Translations under genes and position numbers: made by a program
The notes under the pieces: generated by a model
Told to the model about the DNA's origin: nothing
Databases searched by the model: none
Seen by the model: the letters and a program-made list of their open reading frames with translations, nothing else
DNA from: Armatimonadota bacterium
Lineage (GTDB): Bacteria > Armatimonadota > HRBIN16
Direction of reading: 5' to 3'
DNA length: 64,000 nucleotides
NCBI GenBank assembly: GCA_963677485.1
Contig: OY781964.1
Location: 4,416,001 to 4,480,000 of the forward strand
Shown: piece after piece, positions 41,327 through 50,918 of the stretch
How the letters are laid out: every line of letters starts with the position of its first letter
Position numbering within the stretch: position 1 is the first letter of the stretch

Positions 41327-42199
41327 ATGCCTACTTCTGTAGGCGTCTCTTTCAAGCGTGTAGGCCGGTGCTACTGGTTTTCGCTGGGCGATATCTCCCC
41401 TCTAGAACTACCTGAATGGACCGAAGTCATTGTGGAAACACAACGCGGCCTTGAGGTAGGGCGCGTGCGCATACCCGCTTGTGAGGTGGAAGAGGCGGAT
41501 TTACAGGCCCCACTGAAGCCGATTATCCGCATTGCCAGCGATACAGACCGTCAGCGGGAGCGTGAGAACAAGCAGGCCGCTGCCACCGCGCTCGATTCGT
41601 GTAAAGATCGTGTGTCTAAACACAATCTGCCCATGAAGCTGGTGAAGGCGGAATACACCTTCGACCGATCGCAGCTCACCTTCTTTTTCGTGGCGGACAA
41701 CCGTGTGGACTTTCGCGAGCTGGTCAGAGATTTAGCGGCGACTTTCCGCACCAGAATCCAACTGCTGCAGATAGGCCCACGCGATCAGGCGAAGATGCTC
41801 GGAGGCATGGGTCTTTGCGGTCGGGGTCTCTGTTGCGCCACTTTCTTGTCGGATTTCCTGCCGATCTCTATGAAGATGGCTAAAGACCAAAACCTGTTCC
41901 TCAACCCGGTGAAGTTTTCCGGTATCTGCGGAAAACTGCTTTGCTGCTTGAAATACGAGCACGAAACATACTGCGGGATGCGCAAGGGGATGCCCAGGGT
42001 TGGTCAGGTGGTCACGACACCGCAAGGCGATGGCACTGTGCAAGATCTCAACATACTGAAGCACCTGGCGCTAATTGTTAAAGGCAGCGAACAACCTGCA
42101 TGGTATGATTGCGCCGAACTAAACTGGAGCAGTCAATGCGACTGCGATGCCCATGATGACCCTGATGAGGAGGCTTACGAACAACATGCCGATTTATGA
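41327..42199 (+). CDS. ricT: PSP1/YaaT (RicT) family protein
   Basis: VIVETQRG, RVDFRELVRDLA, QIGPRD, GLCGRGLCC, MAKDQNL, SGICGKLLCCLKYE. Confidence 0.93.
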   Translation: MPTSVGVSFKRVGRCYWFSLGDISPLELPEWTEVIVETQRGLEVGRVRIPACEVEEADLQAPLKPIIRIASDTDRQRERENKQAAATALDSCKDRVSKHNLPMKLVKAEYTFDRSQLTFFFVADNRVDFRELVRDLAATFRTRIQLLQIGPRDQAKMLGGMGLCGRGLCCATFLSDFLPISMKMAKDQNLFLNPVKFSGICGKLLCCLKYEHETYCGMRKGMPRVGQVVTTPQGDGTVQDLNILKHLALIVKGSEQPAWYDCAELNWSSQCDCDAHDDPDEEAYEQHADL

Positions 42200-42419
42200 A
42201 TTTCTATGCAGCGAATGCCAACACGGCTTTGAAGAGCTGCTGCCATCAACAGACATCTCCAAGGTCCAATGTCCGAAATGCAAAGGCGCCAAAGTCAAAC
42301 GGCAGCTCAGTCTATTCGGTATCGGAAAGCCGATGCCCAAGAGCTCAGCGTGCGACTCCTGTTGCTCCGCCGACGGCATGCCAGCCTGTGCGGGCAGCGG
42401 ATACTGCGGCCTGAAGTAA
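42186..42419 (+). CDS. FmdB-family zinc ribbon protein
   Basis: MPIYEFLCSECQHGFE...CPKC..VKRQLS; Cys-rich tail. Confidence 0.88.
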   Translation: MPIYEFLCSECQHGFEELLPSTDISKVQCPKCKGAKVKRQLSLFGIGKPMPKSSACDSCCSADGMPACAGSGYCGLK

Positions 42420-42460
42420 GTCGATTTACCAAACCATAACCGGAGGAAAACAGCAACTGC

Positions 42461-44458
42461 ATGTCTCACGATAAAAGCTACATCACCACACCCATTTACT
42501 ACGTGAATAGCACACCGCATATCGGAAACTCACTGACCACCATCGCGTGTGATGTGTTAGCCCGATTCCGGCGGATGCAAGGCATGCGCAGCTATTTCCT
42601 GACCGGCACCGATGAGAACGCGTTGAAGGTCAGCCGCGTGGCCGATGAGCGGGGGATTGACCGCCAGCTTTTTGTGGACCAGCTTTCCGCTGAGTTTCGC
42701 AAAACCTGGAATGAGATGCACATCAATTACCAGGACTTCATCCGCACCACCGAGCCGCGGCACAAGCGTGCTGTGCAGGAGGTATTCAACAGGCTGAAGG
42801 CCAAAGGCGATATCTACCTGGGCACCTATGAGGGATGGTATTGCGTCAGCGATGAGACCTTCTTCGCACCAGCCGATGTGGCGGACGATCACCTCTGCCC
42901 TAACAAGGAGTGCAGGAAGCCTCTGCAGTGGGTTGAGGAGAACAACTACTTCTTCAAGCTGTCGGCTTATGCGGATAGGTTGCTGGAGCAAATCGAAGCG
43001 AACCCGCATTGGCTCAGCCCCGAATTTCGCAAGAATGAAGCCATCGCCTACATCAAGCAGGGTCTGCGCGACCAAAGCATCACCCGCAGTAACCCGGGTT
43101 GGGGTATTGAGGTTCCTGGTGAACCCGACAAGGTGGTCTACGTCTGGTTTGACGCCCTGATCAACTATATCTCCGCTATCGGTTGGCCAGATAATATGGA
43201 AGAGTTTGCCAAGTGGTGGCCTGCAGAGCACTTGATGGGTAAAGAGATATTTGTGCGATTCCATGCGACCCTTTGGCCCTCCATGCTGATGGCGCTTGGT
43301 CTGCCTTTGCCTAAGCGCGTGTTTGGTCATGGTTGGTGGACTGTGGGGGGTGAGAAGGGCAGTAAGAGCAAGGGTAACCTGCCGCATCCCGTGGAGCTGG
43401 CGAAAAGGTTCAGTGAAATGAGCGGCAGCTCGCTGCCTGTGGCGGTCGACGCGGTTCGCTTCCTGCTGTGCCGAGAGATGCAGTTCGGTCTGGACAGCGA
43501 GTTCACCGAAGATCACTTTATCGACACTTATAACAGCAACCTGGCCAACGACCTGGGCAATGTGTTGAACCGCACGCTAAACATGGCGCATAAGTACTTC
43601 GAGGGCGTGGTGCCAGAGGGGCTGACTCTGAGTGCGGAGCTTGTGACCATGGCCTCGGAGCTCCAAACGAAAATGGAAGCTGAGTATGGCAACTACCGCC
43701 TGAATGAAGTGCTGGTTCAGATATGGCACATGGTGAGCCGTCTGAATAAATACATCGACGAAAGCGCACCGTGGAGCCTGGCTAAACAGGGCAAAGAGGC
43801 CGAGTGTGCCAGCACACTGGTCAGCGTACTAGATGGCGTGCGTCGTTGCGTTATCTGGATGGCCCCCTTCATGCCCGAAGCGATGAAGGTCATGTGGGCG
43901 CAACTCGGTCTGAGTGGCGAGCCATGCGATCAGCTCCTTGCAGACGCAGCACAACCTGGTTTCAAGACGGGCCACCAGTTTGGCAGCCCTAGTCCCGTAT
44001 TCCCACGAATCACACCGGAGGCACGAGCAAAAATGAGCGAGCAAGATAAGCAAACCGAACAACCTGTAGCCGAGGCTGTAGTGCAGCCTGAGCAGCCGAA
44101 AGCGGAGGCTACAAAACCAGCATACGAACCCAAACCGCAGATCACCATCGATGACTTCGCGAAAGTGGAGCTGCGCGTCGGTCGCATCATTGTGGCAGAA
44201 CGCATCCCCAAAGCTAAAAAACTGCTGAAAATTCAGGTAGACATGGGTGACCATCAGCGTCAAGTGGTAGCGGGCATCGCTGCCAGTTACGCCCCTGAGG
44301 ACTTGGCGGGGAAGGTCATCATCGTGTGTACCAACCTTCAGCCTGCGCTGCTTTGCGGTGTGGAGAGCAACGGCATGCTGCTCGCCGCCGACTTCGAAGG
44401 CAAGGCTGTGCTGCTCACCCCTGAGACCGATGCCGAGATCGGCTGCCGCATTAAGTAG
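42461..44458 (+). CDS. metG: Methionine--tRNA ligase with C-terminal tRNA-binding domain
   Basis: YITTPIYYVN, HIGN, TGTDE, YVWFDAL, KGSKS (KMSKS variant), LANDLGN, C-terminal OB domain. Confidence 0.97.
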   Translation: MSHDKSYITTPIYYVNSTPHIGNSLTTIACDVLARFRRMQGMRSYFLTGTDENALKVSRVADERGIDRQLFVDQLSAEFRKTWNEMHINYQDFIRTTEPRHKRAVQEVFNRLKAKGDIYLGTYEGWYCVSDETFFAPADVADDHLCPNKECRKPLQWVEENNYFFKLSAYADRLLEQIEANPHWLSPEFRKNEAIAYIKQGLRDQSITRSNPGWGIEVPGEPDKVVYVWFDALINYISAIGWPDNMEEFAKWWPAEHLMGKEIFVRFHATLWPSMLMALGLPLPKRVFGHGWWTVGGEKGSKSKGNLPHPVELAKRFSEMSGSSLPVAVDAVRFLLCREMQFGLDSEFTEDHFIDTYNSNLANDLGNVLNRTLNMAHKYFEGVVPEGLTLSAELVTMASELQTKMEAEYGNYRLNEVLVQIWHMVSRLNKYIDESAPWSLAKQGKEAECASTLVSVLDGVRRCVIWMAPFMPEAMKVMWAQLGLSGEPCDQLLADAAQPGFKTGHQFGSPSPVFPRITPEARAKMSEQDKQTEQPVAEAVVQPEQPKAEATKPAYEPKPQITIDDFAKVELRVGRIIVAERIPKAKKLLKIQVDMGDHQRQVVAGIAASYAPEDLAGKVIIVCTNLQPALLCGVESNGMLLAADFEGKAVLLTPETDAEIGCRIK

Positions 44459-44482
44459 CCGCTACCCAGGGACGATTGTGTC

Positions 44483-44726
44483 ACGCGAAGACGCGATGAC
44501 GCGAAGGGGTAATGACGGCGCGGTTTGTCAGAGAATCGTAGGGGCGGGGTTTCCCCGCCCTTGGTTCTTTTTCTACCACGAATAGACACCAATGGGATGT
44601 TTATCCACAGATTACGCAGATTACGCAGATTAGGTAGTGACCGATGCGGTTACTCGGAACGCCTGCTTACGCCATGCAGCAATCTTCAGTACTGGTCTGG
44701 CGGGTAGGGGCGATCGGCGATCGCCC
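44483..44726. repeat. Mosaic of short tandem repeats and GTAG-type REP hairpins
   Basis: acgcga(a/t)g x3 (44483-44506); GTAG-GGGCGGGG-tttCCCCGCCC (44538-44560); cagattacg x2.8 (44608-44632); GTAG-GGGCGATCGgCGATCGCCC (44704-44726). Confidence 0.7.
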
Positions 44727-45000
44727 TTTGACCATGCCTGTGTAGTTCCTTGGCCACCACGAGGGAATTCAACCTAACTGATCGCATCCTACCTCTATTC
44801 GCTAGCCATGACAACGAATTGGGGCGTTTAGCATCTGCGGTGAACATCAGGCACTGATGGCATGCCAAATTATAGGTATTTTGCACATAAACCTCAAATC
44901 GAGTAAAAAGCCTTGACATAGGTGTGAGGCGGTAGTAGGCTTTATTTAAGCTTTGAAAACGGAAGTGTGTTCGGTGCGATTAATACATGGAGAACTAATA

Positions 45001-46131
45001 ATGACAAAGTATATCGCTTCACTAGATATCTTCAAGATAGCAAAACTAAAGATGGATCAGGATGCATTTCATGTTGAGGATTTAGTCGTATTACCGGATC
45101 ATACTATAATCGTCTGTCAAGATGGCCCGATAGTTGACCACCTAATGTTACCGAAAGACTATCTCCGAAAAGTTGACAGCGTTCAGTCTATACGTCGTAT
45201 AAACATAAAACCGGGCAAGGAAATATGGCGTAGCGAACTCAGTCACGACGTCATTAAGGGCAATTATTCATATGCACCTAATGATGATCGAATGTTACGT
45301 ATATCTGGTACACGCCTATTATTCGGATATGGAGTACGCAAAAAGCTCTGGCTGGTAGATATAAATAACGGTCGGGTTCTGTCATCACCATGGCAGAACA
45401 ATCGAACTGTAAGGCTTATTGCTGTTCATGATGATCATGTGATTATTTGGGATAAACGTGGATTCCTTGCATCTTATAATGTGAATAACCTTAAGAAGTT
45501 GTGGACTATTGCCTATTATAAGCGTCCGGAGCTTGTTTGTTCACTCGACAAAGAATGGCTGCTGATGACGCATAGTAACGGACAATGTGTTTTTTCTGTC
45601 AACATTTATAGTGGAGCAATTCGACCAATTAACTTTCCTAGCGTGTCGCAACTAAAGTGTGCATGCCCAGTTGGCGATAACATCTACTTAGTTGGCGGTG
45701 ATATGACCTGGGTGGTCAACCGAAACTCGAATAAGTGCGAAAAGCTATCCTCTGCTCCAAAAAATACAGGGTTCCCAGCTGCGATCGATGCAGGACATGG
45801 TCGGGCTATCAAAGAGCGATGGACAATGCACGGAGATCAGATTTTACAAAAGAGATCAGTATTAGTTGATTTCGTTCATTCAACATCATTTGAATTCAAC
45901 AAACTATATATCATAAGAGATTGTATTGTCATCGGAAATGATAGACTGTTATGCAGATATAATACTTATTACTCTAACAGGCTAACCGGTGAGAGTTATT
46001 TCATGGTGTTTAATATAGCGACTAAAGAGATTAAACATTTGAAGGGCATAGACACTGCCACTGATCATATGGATGTGCTTAGTGAAACTCAGGTCTTGTT
46101 ACGTGGGTTTGAATGGGTGGTTATTGGATAA
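45001..46131 (+). CDS. AT-rich hypothetical protein, possible PQQ-like beta-propeller
   Basis: GGAG SD before ATG 45001; repeated motifs INIKPGKEIW, VDINNGRVL, YNVNNLKKLW, VNIYSG, FNIATKE. Confidence 0.6.
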   Translation: MTKYIASLDIFKIAKLKMDQDAFHVEDLVVLPDHTIIVCQDGPIVDHLMLPKDYLRKVDSVQSIRRINIKPGKEIWRSELSHDVIKGNYSYAPNDDRMLRISGTRLLFGYGVRKKLWLVDINNGRVLSSPWQNNRTVRLIAVHDDHVIIWDKRGFLASYNVNNLKKLWTIAYYKRPELVCSLDKEWLLMTHSNGQCVFSVNIYSGAIRPINFPSVSQLKCACPVGDNIYLVGGDMTWVVNRNSNKCEKLSSAPKNTGFPAAIDAGHGRAIKERWTMHGDQILQKRSVLVDFVHSTSFEFNKLYIIRDCIVIGNDRLLCRYNTYYSNRLTGESYFMVFNIATKEIKHLKGIDTATDHMDVLSETQVLLRGFEWVVIG

Positions 46132-46567
46132 GCAAAAGAAGTGTACCTGCGTTCGATGGGATGCGTGTTGGCAATGTATACCTCACCCCAGGTCTCTAGC
46201 TTGAAACTGATGTGGGTTTGGTAGTGGCTGCTGTGTTGCTGAATCATTACCCTCATGTAAACTTGGGTAGCACCGGGGATATCGAACATTCATGGTTTAT
46301 ACTACCCCTTCCAGGGTCTTTTGCCATCTGATGTCTACTGCCAACATCTTCAACATGCACGATAAGGACCTATCAGGCTTTCACTGAATGTGTAGCAGCA
46401 TCTATGGCTACGGGTAGTGCTACGCAGTCCGCATTTCGCAATTCAAAACAACATATCCGCAGTTCTCCCACATATTCACCGGTATTGTTGCAGGAAAACA
46501 GTATCCTGTTGATGAATGATATCCGAGTGACGGCCCGAACTCTCTTCCTATATCACAGGAGCGACAG

Positions 46568-47401
46568 ATGGATATTACTTACAGCGTTTTACCGAAATTC
46601 TATCAGCAATATGATGTGCCCCAGCTTGCCTCCATGGTTCGCGAAGTCAACCTCGACACCATCAATCTGATGGTCCGCGATGGTTACTGGGTAAATGAGC
46701 ACAATATCAGCACTGAGCTGCCGGCGTTTGTGAAAGCGATGCGCTCTGAGGCGATAGATGTGAACTTCGCCACGACAGATTATAGTGCAGAGCAGTTGGT
46801 GGCTGATCCCGCTCCTTTGGGTATCATGGCCGATGCCGGCATCACGCGGTTCCGGATAAGCCATATCTGGGTGAGTAATGGAGATGCACGGGCCAGCCTC
46901 GAAGCCGCAAAAACGAGCCTGGGCAGCCTGGAGCGGTTGTGTGAAAAATATGGCATACAGGCGGTTTACCAGGTGCATCATGGCACGTTGATCGCCAGTG
47001 CGTTTGCCGCATGGGCGTTGGTGAAGAACCTGCACCCCAGATATATCGGGGTGGAGTTGGATCCCGGCAACCAGGCCCATGAGGGGTATGAATCGTGGGA
47101 CAAGTCGGTGAGCTTATTAGGTGATCACCTGGTCGCAATGGGAGTGAAGGACGTCGCCTGGGTCCGGCAACCGGTAAGCGGGGACGAGCACTCCAAAGGC
47201 TGGCAAACCGAGTGGGTACCGCTGGCAGACGGCATCACGGATTGGTATGATCTGATGCGGGCCTTGCATATGCGGGACTGGTCTGGGCTGTTTGCATTCA
47301 TGCCGTTCTACCATGAGAATGAGCCCGATAAACTCACCAAGCTCTTGAAAAAAGACGTGGGGTATATGCGTCAGGTGCAGTCAGATATCGAGTCGGAATA
47401 A
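46568..47401 (+). CDS. Sugar phosphate isomerase/epimerase (xylose isomerase-like TIM barrel)
   Basis: YQVHHG, ELDPGN, GVKDV, PLADGITDW; AGGAG SD. Confidence 0.8.
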   Translation: MDITYSVLPKFYQQYDVPQLASMVREVNLDTINLMVRDGYWVNEHNISTELPAFVKAMRSEAIDVNFATTDYSAEQLVADPAPLGIMADAGITRFRISHIWVSNGDARASLEAAKTSLGSLERLCEKYGIQAVYQVHHGTLIASAFAAWALVKNLHPRYIGVELDPGNQAHEGYESWDKSVSLLGDHLVAMGVKDVAWVRQPVSGDEHSKGWQTEWVPLADGITDWYDLMRALHMRDWSGLFAFMPFYHENEPDKLTKLLKKDVGYMRQVQSDIESE

Positions 47402-47413
47402 CAAATCCTCTGA

Positions 47414-47447
47414 CTGAGACGGCCGCGATGGCCGCCTCAGTGTTTTT
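47414..47447 (+). terminator. Intrinsic terminator
   Basis: ctgagacggcc/ggccgcctcag stem followed by tgttttt, just after the stop at 47401. Confidence 0.7.
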
Positions 47448-47523
47448 ATCGTGTCAACTACCTACAACTCGTATACTGCTAACTGGCAACGATATAAGCA
47501 GACCCAGTTATGCGCGGTTCATT

Positions 47524-47742
47524 GTCCGGCACCCACGAAGTGGGTATCTTCTTATAGCCACGGGTAAGCGTAAGCGCAACCCGTGGTAGGTGCCGCGGTA
47601 TAACTTACCCCGAAGCGGGTCTTCTGTGATGACAATGGGGTGCGACCCACTTCGGGGTAGAAATGGTCTCCCACATACCAGGGGTATCGCTTCGCTCACC
47701 CCTGGCTATAAGGAATCTTACCCACTCCGTGGGTGCCCGGAC
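47524..47742. repeat. About 220-bp palindromic REPIN/MITE-like element made of two inverted ~100-bp units
   Basis: gtccggcacccacgaagtgggta/tacccactccgtgggtgcccggac; cttatagccacgggt/acccctggctataag; taccccgaagcgggtc/gacccacttcggggta. Confidence 0.8.
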
Positions 47743-47812
47743 GGAAATGTATACGAATTCTCCGTGTATTTGTGTAACCAGCTGGTCCATTAACCATGTT
47801 CATGATGTAAAC

Positions 47813-48154
47813 TCAGCCGGGAGGCCAGGTGAGCCTGCGTCCGCCAAGCATATGGATGTGAAGGTGCATCACCGTCTGGCCCGCCTCTTCGCCCACGTTG
47901 GTGACCAGCCTGTAGCCGTTCACCAGCCCAAGGGCTTCACCGATTTTGGCGCTCACTGCAATGCAGTGCCCAACTAGTGCCTCATGGTCGGCGTCCACAT
48001 AAGCACTGTCCACAACGTGCTGTTTTGGGATGATCAACACATGCTCCGGGGCTTGAGGATTCAAGTCTTTGAATGCCAGCACCGTGTCGTCTTCAAAGAC
48101 GACCTGTGACGGGATTTGCTTATTCGCGATTTTGCAGAAGATGCAGTCGGACAT
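47813..48154 (-). CDS. hinT: HIT family nucleotide-binding protein
   Basis: DCIFCKI, FKDLNPQAPEHVLIIPK, GQTVMHLHIHMLGGR. Confidence 0.95.
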   Translation of the reverse strand: MSDCIFCKIANKQIPSQVVFEDDTVLAFKDLNPQAPEHVLIIPKQHVVDSAYVDADHEALVGHCIAVSAKIGEALGLVNGYRLVTNVGEEAGQTVMHLHIHMLGGRRLTWPPG

Positions 48155-49445
48155 TGGTTTCCTCCTTCGTGTTTTGCAGATGCCCAGTCATGAACCCATT
48201 TTTGAGATCGGTGAGTTCAACAGGCACGATCTTACCGGACAAGCTGCGTGGAGCCTTGAGATGTACGGGGATGTAGTTGGGGGTGAACCCCTTCATCATA
48301 CCCTCTGAATCGGGACGTCCCTCCACCAGCACGGGCATGCTCCTTCCGGAAAACTTCATCATAAACTCATTTTGCAGTTCATTGCACAGCGTGATCAGTC
48401 TGTGGCTGCGGTTCTCTTTGGTGGATTCGGAGATGTGCCCATCCATGCTCAGTGCGGGAGTGTTGGGGCGGGCACTAAATCGGAAAACATGCGCCTTAGC
48501 AAAGCCTATTTCACGGCAGACAGCCAGTGTGTTTGTAAAAGCCTCTTCGGTTTCGCCCGGGAAGCCCACAATGATGTCGGTGGTGATGGCGATGTCAGGT
48601 ATGAACCGTTGCAACCGATGAGCTAAGCTGATGATGAATTCTGAGCTGTAGTGGCGGTTCATGCGGCGCAGAACCTCATCGTCACCAGCCTGCAGCGGAA
48701 TGTGAATGTGCGGGCAGATTTTGGGGTCATTGACCATGAGCTCTATGAGCTGCTTGCTGATGTCATTTGGCTCGATGCTGCTCAGCCTGATCCTTGCCAG
48801 CCCATCGATGCTAGAGAGTGCCGAGATAAGCTGCGGCAACGTCTCACTGGTTCCCAGGCCATAGGCACCTACCTGTATTCCTGTGATCACCAGCTCTTTT
48901 GATCCGCTGGCCACAAAACCGCGCACTTCATCACAGATATCGCTGATAGGTCGGCTGGTCAATTCGGGGCGGGTGAGTGGGATAGAGCAATATGAGCACC
49001 GGTTCGTGCAGCCGTCTTGAATCTTGATGGTGGCCCTGGTCCGCTTACGATGGCTGAGTTCGGCCACGCAAACCTCGGGTTGAGTGAGCCTGGCAGCGAA
49101 TTCTGGGAAGCTCTGCAGTATCAGCTCTGGCGTGGTCTCCTTATCGGGATTGAGCACCAGCAGGTCGGCTTCGGGTATCTCCAGCTCAGTAAATGCGGTG
49201 AGCTGCGCCCAGCAGCCGGTGATGACAACTTTAGCATTTGGATTTGTGTGTCTTGCCTTACGCAGCTGCTGCAGCGATTTATGTTCGGCCGTGGCGGTTA
49301 CTGAGCAGCTATTGATGAGATACAAATCGGCCACCTCATTGAAGGGGCACGGAGTGAACCCCAGACGCGCAAACCTTTCTGAAAGAGCCTGTGTTTCATA
49401 TTGGTTGACTTTACATCCAAGTGTGAAGACTGCGAATTTAACCAT
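48120..49445 (-). CDS. mtaB: tRNA t6A37 methylthiotransferase MtaB
   Basis: TLGCKVNQYE, INSCSVT, KIQDGCTNRCSYCSIP, TDIIVGFPGETEE, FSARPNT. Confidence 0.93.
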   Translation of the reverse strand: MVKFAVFTLGCKVNQYETQALSERFARLGFTPCPFNEVADLYLINSCSVTATAEHKSLQQLRKARHTNPNAKVVITGCWAQLTAFTELEIPEADLLVLNPDKETTPELILQSFPEFAARLTQPEVCVAELSHRKRTRATIKIQDGCTNRCSYCSIPLTRPELTSRPISDICDEVRGFVASGSKELVITGIQVGAYGLGTSETLPQLISALSSIDGLARIRLSSIEPNDISKQLIELMVNDPKICPHIHIPLQAGDDEVLRRMNRHYSSEFIISLAHRLQRFIPDIAITTDIIVGFPGETEEAFTNTLAVCREIGFAKAHVFRFSARPNTPALSMDGHISESTKENRSHRLITLCNELQNEFMMKFSGRSMPVLVEGRPDSEGMMKGFTPNYIPVHLKAPRSLSGKIVPVELTDLKNGFMTGHLQNTKEETNVRLHLLQNRE

Positions 49446-49549
49446 AACAAATATATTCTACCGAGTCTGGCCGATGCAGTCACTTCGGTGAGGGCCGCCG
49501 ATATCTGTTAGAATATAAGGTGATGTCAAAGTTTCATGGAGGGGTCACA

Positions 49550-49816
49550 ATGCCGTTTAAGGTCTATCTCAATGGTTTCATCATTCTTGGAATTCTGTTG
49601 CTTGTATTAGGAGTGGTCGGGTTCCTTAAGGGTGCTGAGATTCTCCGCGATCCAGGCCAACCCAAAGACTCCCTTCTCCCTGTGTTATACGTGCTTGGGG
49701 GACTAGTCATGCTAGTCAACGGATGGATGTCCATCCGTGCTTACGAGTTGAGATGCGCAGAGGAAAAAACCGCAGGAAAGGAAACACAGACAATTGTCAC
49801 CAACAAAATGCAGTGA
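49550..49816 (+). CDS. Small two-TM hypothetical membrane protein
   Basis: GGAGG SD; two hydrophobic helices flanking EILRDPGQ. Confidence 0.7.
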   Translation: MPFKVYLNGFIILGILLLVLGVVGFLKGAEILRDPGQPKDSLLPVLYVLGGLVMLVNGWMSIRAYELRCAEEKTAGKETQTIVTNKMQ

Positions 49817-50090
49817 ATGCGATAAGGTGCTTGACCTCATACCGCTTTGGTTAGATGAGGTTACTGTCAGCTTTACGTGTGAGGATTGCCGTCAGAAGCA
49901 TCGCTCAGTGGCTCCATCACGAGGGCGCAAAATTGCCCCGATCGATATATCGGATGATCTGGCTGAGGTTATTGATCCGCTAGAGGCTCTCGTCATTAAC
50001 AAAGATGACGACACCGAAATCTCGCTGGAAGCTCTTCAAGAAGAAGAAGCCCTTCACGATGATCTCCCCGTTGATGAAGAGGACGTATAG
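49794..50090 (+). CDS. Hypothetical zinc-ribbon protein with acidic tail
   Basis: CSEC...CEDC followed by a D/E-rich C-terminus; fills the gap in the operon; TTG start. Confidence 0.65.
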   Translation: MSPTKCSECDKVLDLIPLWLDEVTVSFTCEDCRQKHRSVAPSRGRKIAPIDISDDLAEVIDPLEALVINKDDDTEISLEALQEEEALHDDLPVDEEDV

Positions 50091-50111
50091 CTTCTATAGC
50101 TAGCTTGTATA

Positions 50112-50918
50112 ATGGTTGATATCCATTGTCATATTCTACCTGGAGTTGACGACGGTGCTGATTGCCTGGACACATCCGTGGCCCTTGCCAGGCAAGCCGT
50201 CGCCCAGGGCGTCTCGGTCATCGCCGCGACATCACACTATCGGTGGAGCGATAATCCGCTCATGACCGGTGATAAAGTGCTAGGATTAGTCGCCGAAGTT
50301 AATTCTGCGCTCAAAAATGCCAAAGTGAAACTGACGGTTGTTGCGGGCTGTGAAGTGCCCATCTCCGAACCCGAAGTTTTAGCGATTATTTCAGATATGG
50401 GCCTCACCTATGGGGCACACTCTAAGGCTGTGTTGCTAGAACCATCATTCAAGACTTTCGCAGCCAATGGCATAGATACGGTCAAGCAGTCTATGCAGAT
50501 GCATCTTCTACCGGTGATCGCTCACCCCGAACGCTGTGCAGCCTTGCGTGAAAATGATGCACTCATCAACCGATTGGTTGACCTGGGCGCCATTCTGCAG
50601 GTCACCGCCAGCAGCCTCTACATGGGGGATCCAACTGACCCCACCCGTGTAGCCGCTAACCGCTTGCTGTCCGATGGGCTGGTAGGCATCATTGCCAGTG
50701 ATGCGCACAACCCTGAGCGGCGCAGCATCCATATGAAGCAAGCCTATAAGTATGTCTCAGACAAAAGTGGCTCCCATATCGCCGAGTTACTCTGTCATAC
50801 CATACCGATGGCCATCGCGAGTGGTGATGAAGTGAACCATTCAGATATCTACGATGCGTATGCAAGCAAAAAACGAAGCGGGTTTCGTGGATTGATGGAC
50901 AGGCTGCTAAAAAGATGA
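50112..50918 (+). CDS. CpsB/CapC/YwqE-type PHP tyrosine phosphatase
   Basis: DIHCHILPGVDDGA, ATSH, IAHPER, ASDAH. Confidence 0.92.
   Translation: MVDIHCHILPGVDDGADCLDTSVALARQAVAQGVSVIAATSHYRWSDNPLMTGDKVLGLVAEVNSALKNAKVKLTVVAGCEVPISEPEVLAIISDMGLTYGAHSKAVLLEPSFKTFAANGIDTVKQSMQMHLLPVIAHPERCAALRENDALINRLVDLGAILQVTASSLYMGDPTDPTRVAANRLLSDGLVGIIASDAHNPERRSIHMKQAYKYVSDKSGSHIAELLCHTIPMAIASGDEVNHSDIYDAYASKKRSGFRGLMDRLLKR

Noticed and set aside
43350-43380. MetRS KMSKS motif reads KGSKS, suggesting possible inactivity
   Set aside because: The catalytic second Lys is retained and all other motifs are intact
42557-43516. 319-aa antisense ORF within metG (also 39213-40022 within uvrB)
   Set aside because: Shadow ORFs arising from codon bias of the real genes; no recognisable motifs
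44483-44726. Possible CRISPR array
   Set aside because: No constant 23-47-bp repeat with regular spacers and no cas genes
46225-46567. Long intergenic stretch examined for a riboswitch or sRNA
   Set aside because: No recognisable aptamer consensus; only a weak hairpin near the downstream SD
47508-47977. Short ORFs across the 47.5-kb palindrome (and 18253-18579, 44338-44707)
   Set aside because: Translations of repeat DNA with no SD or protein motifs
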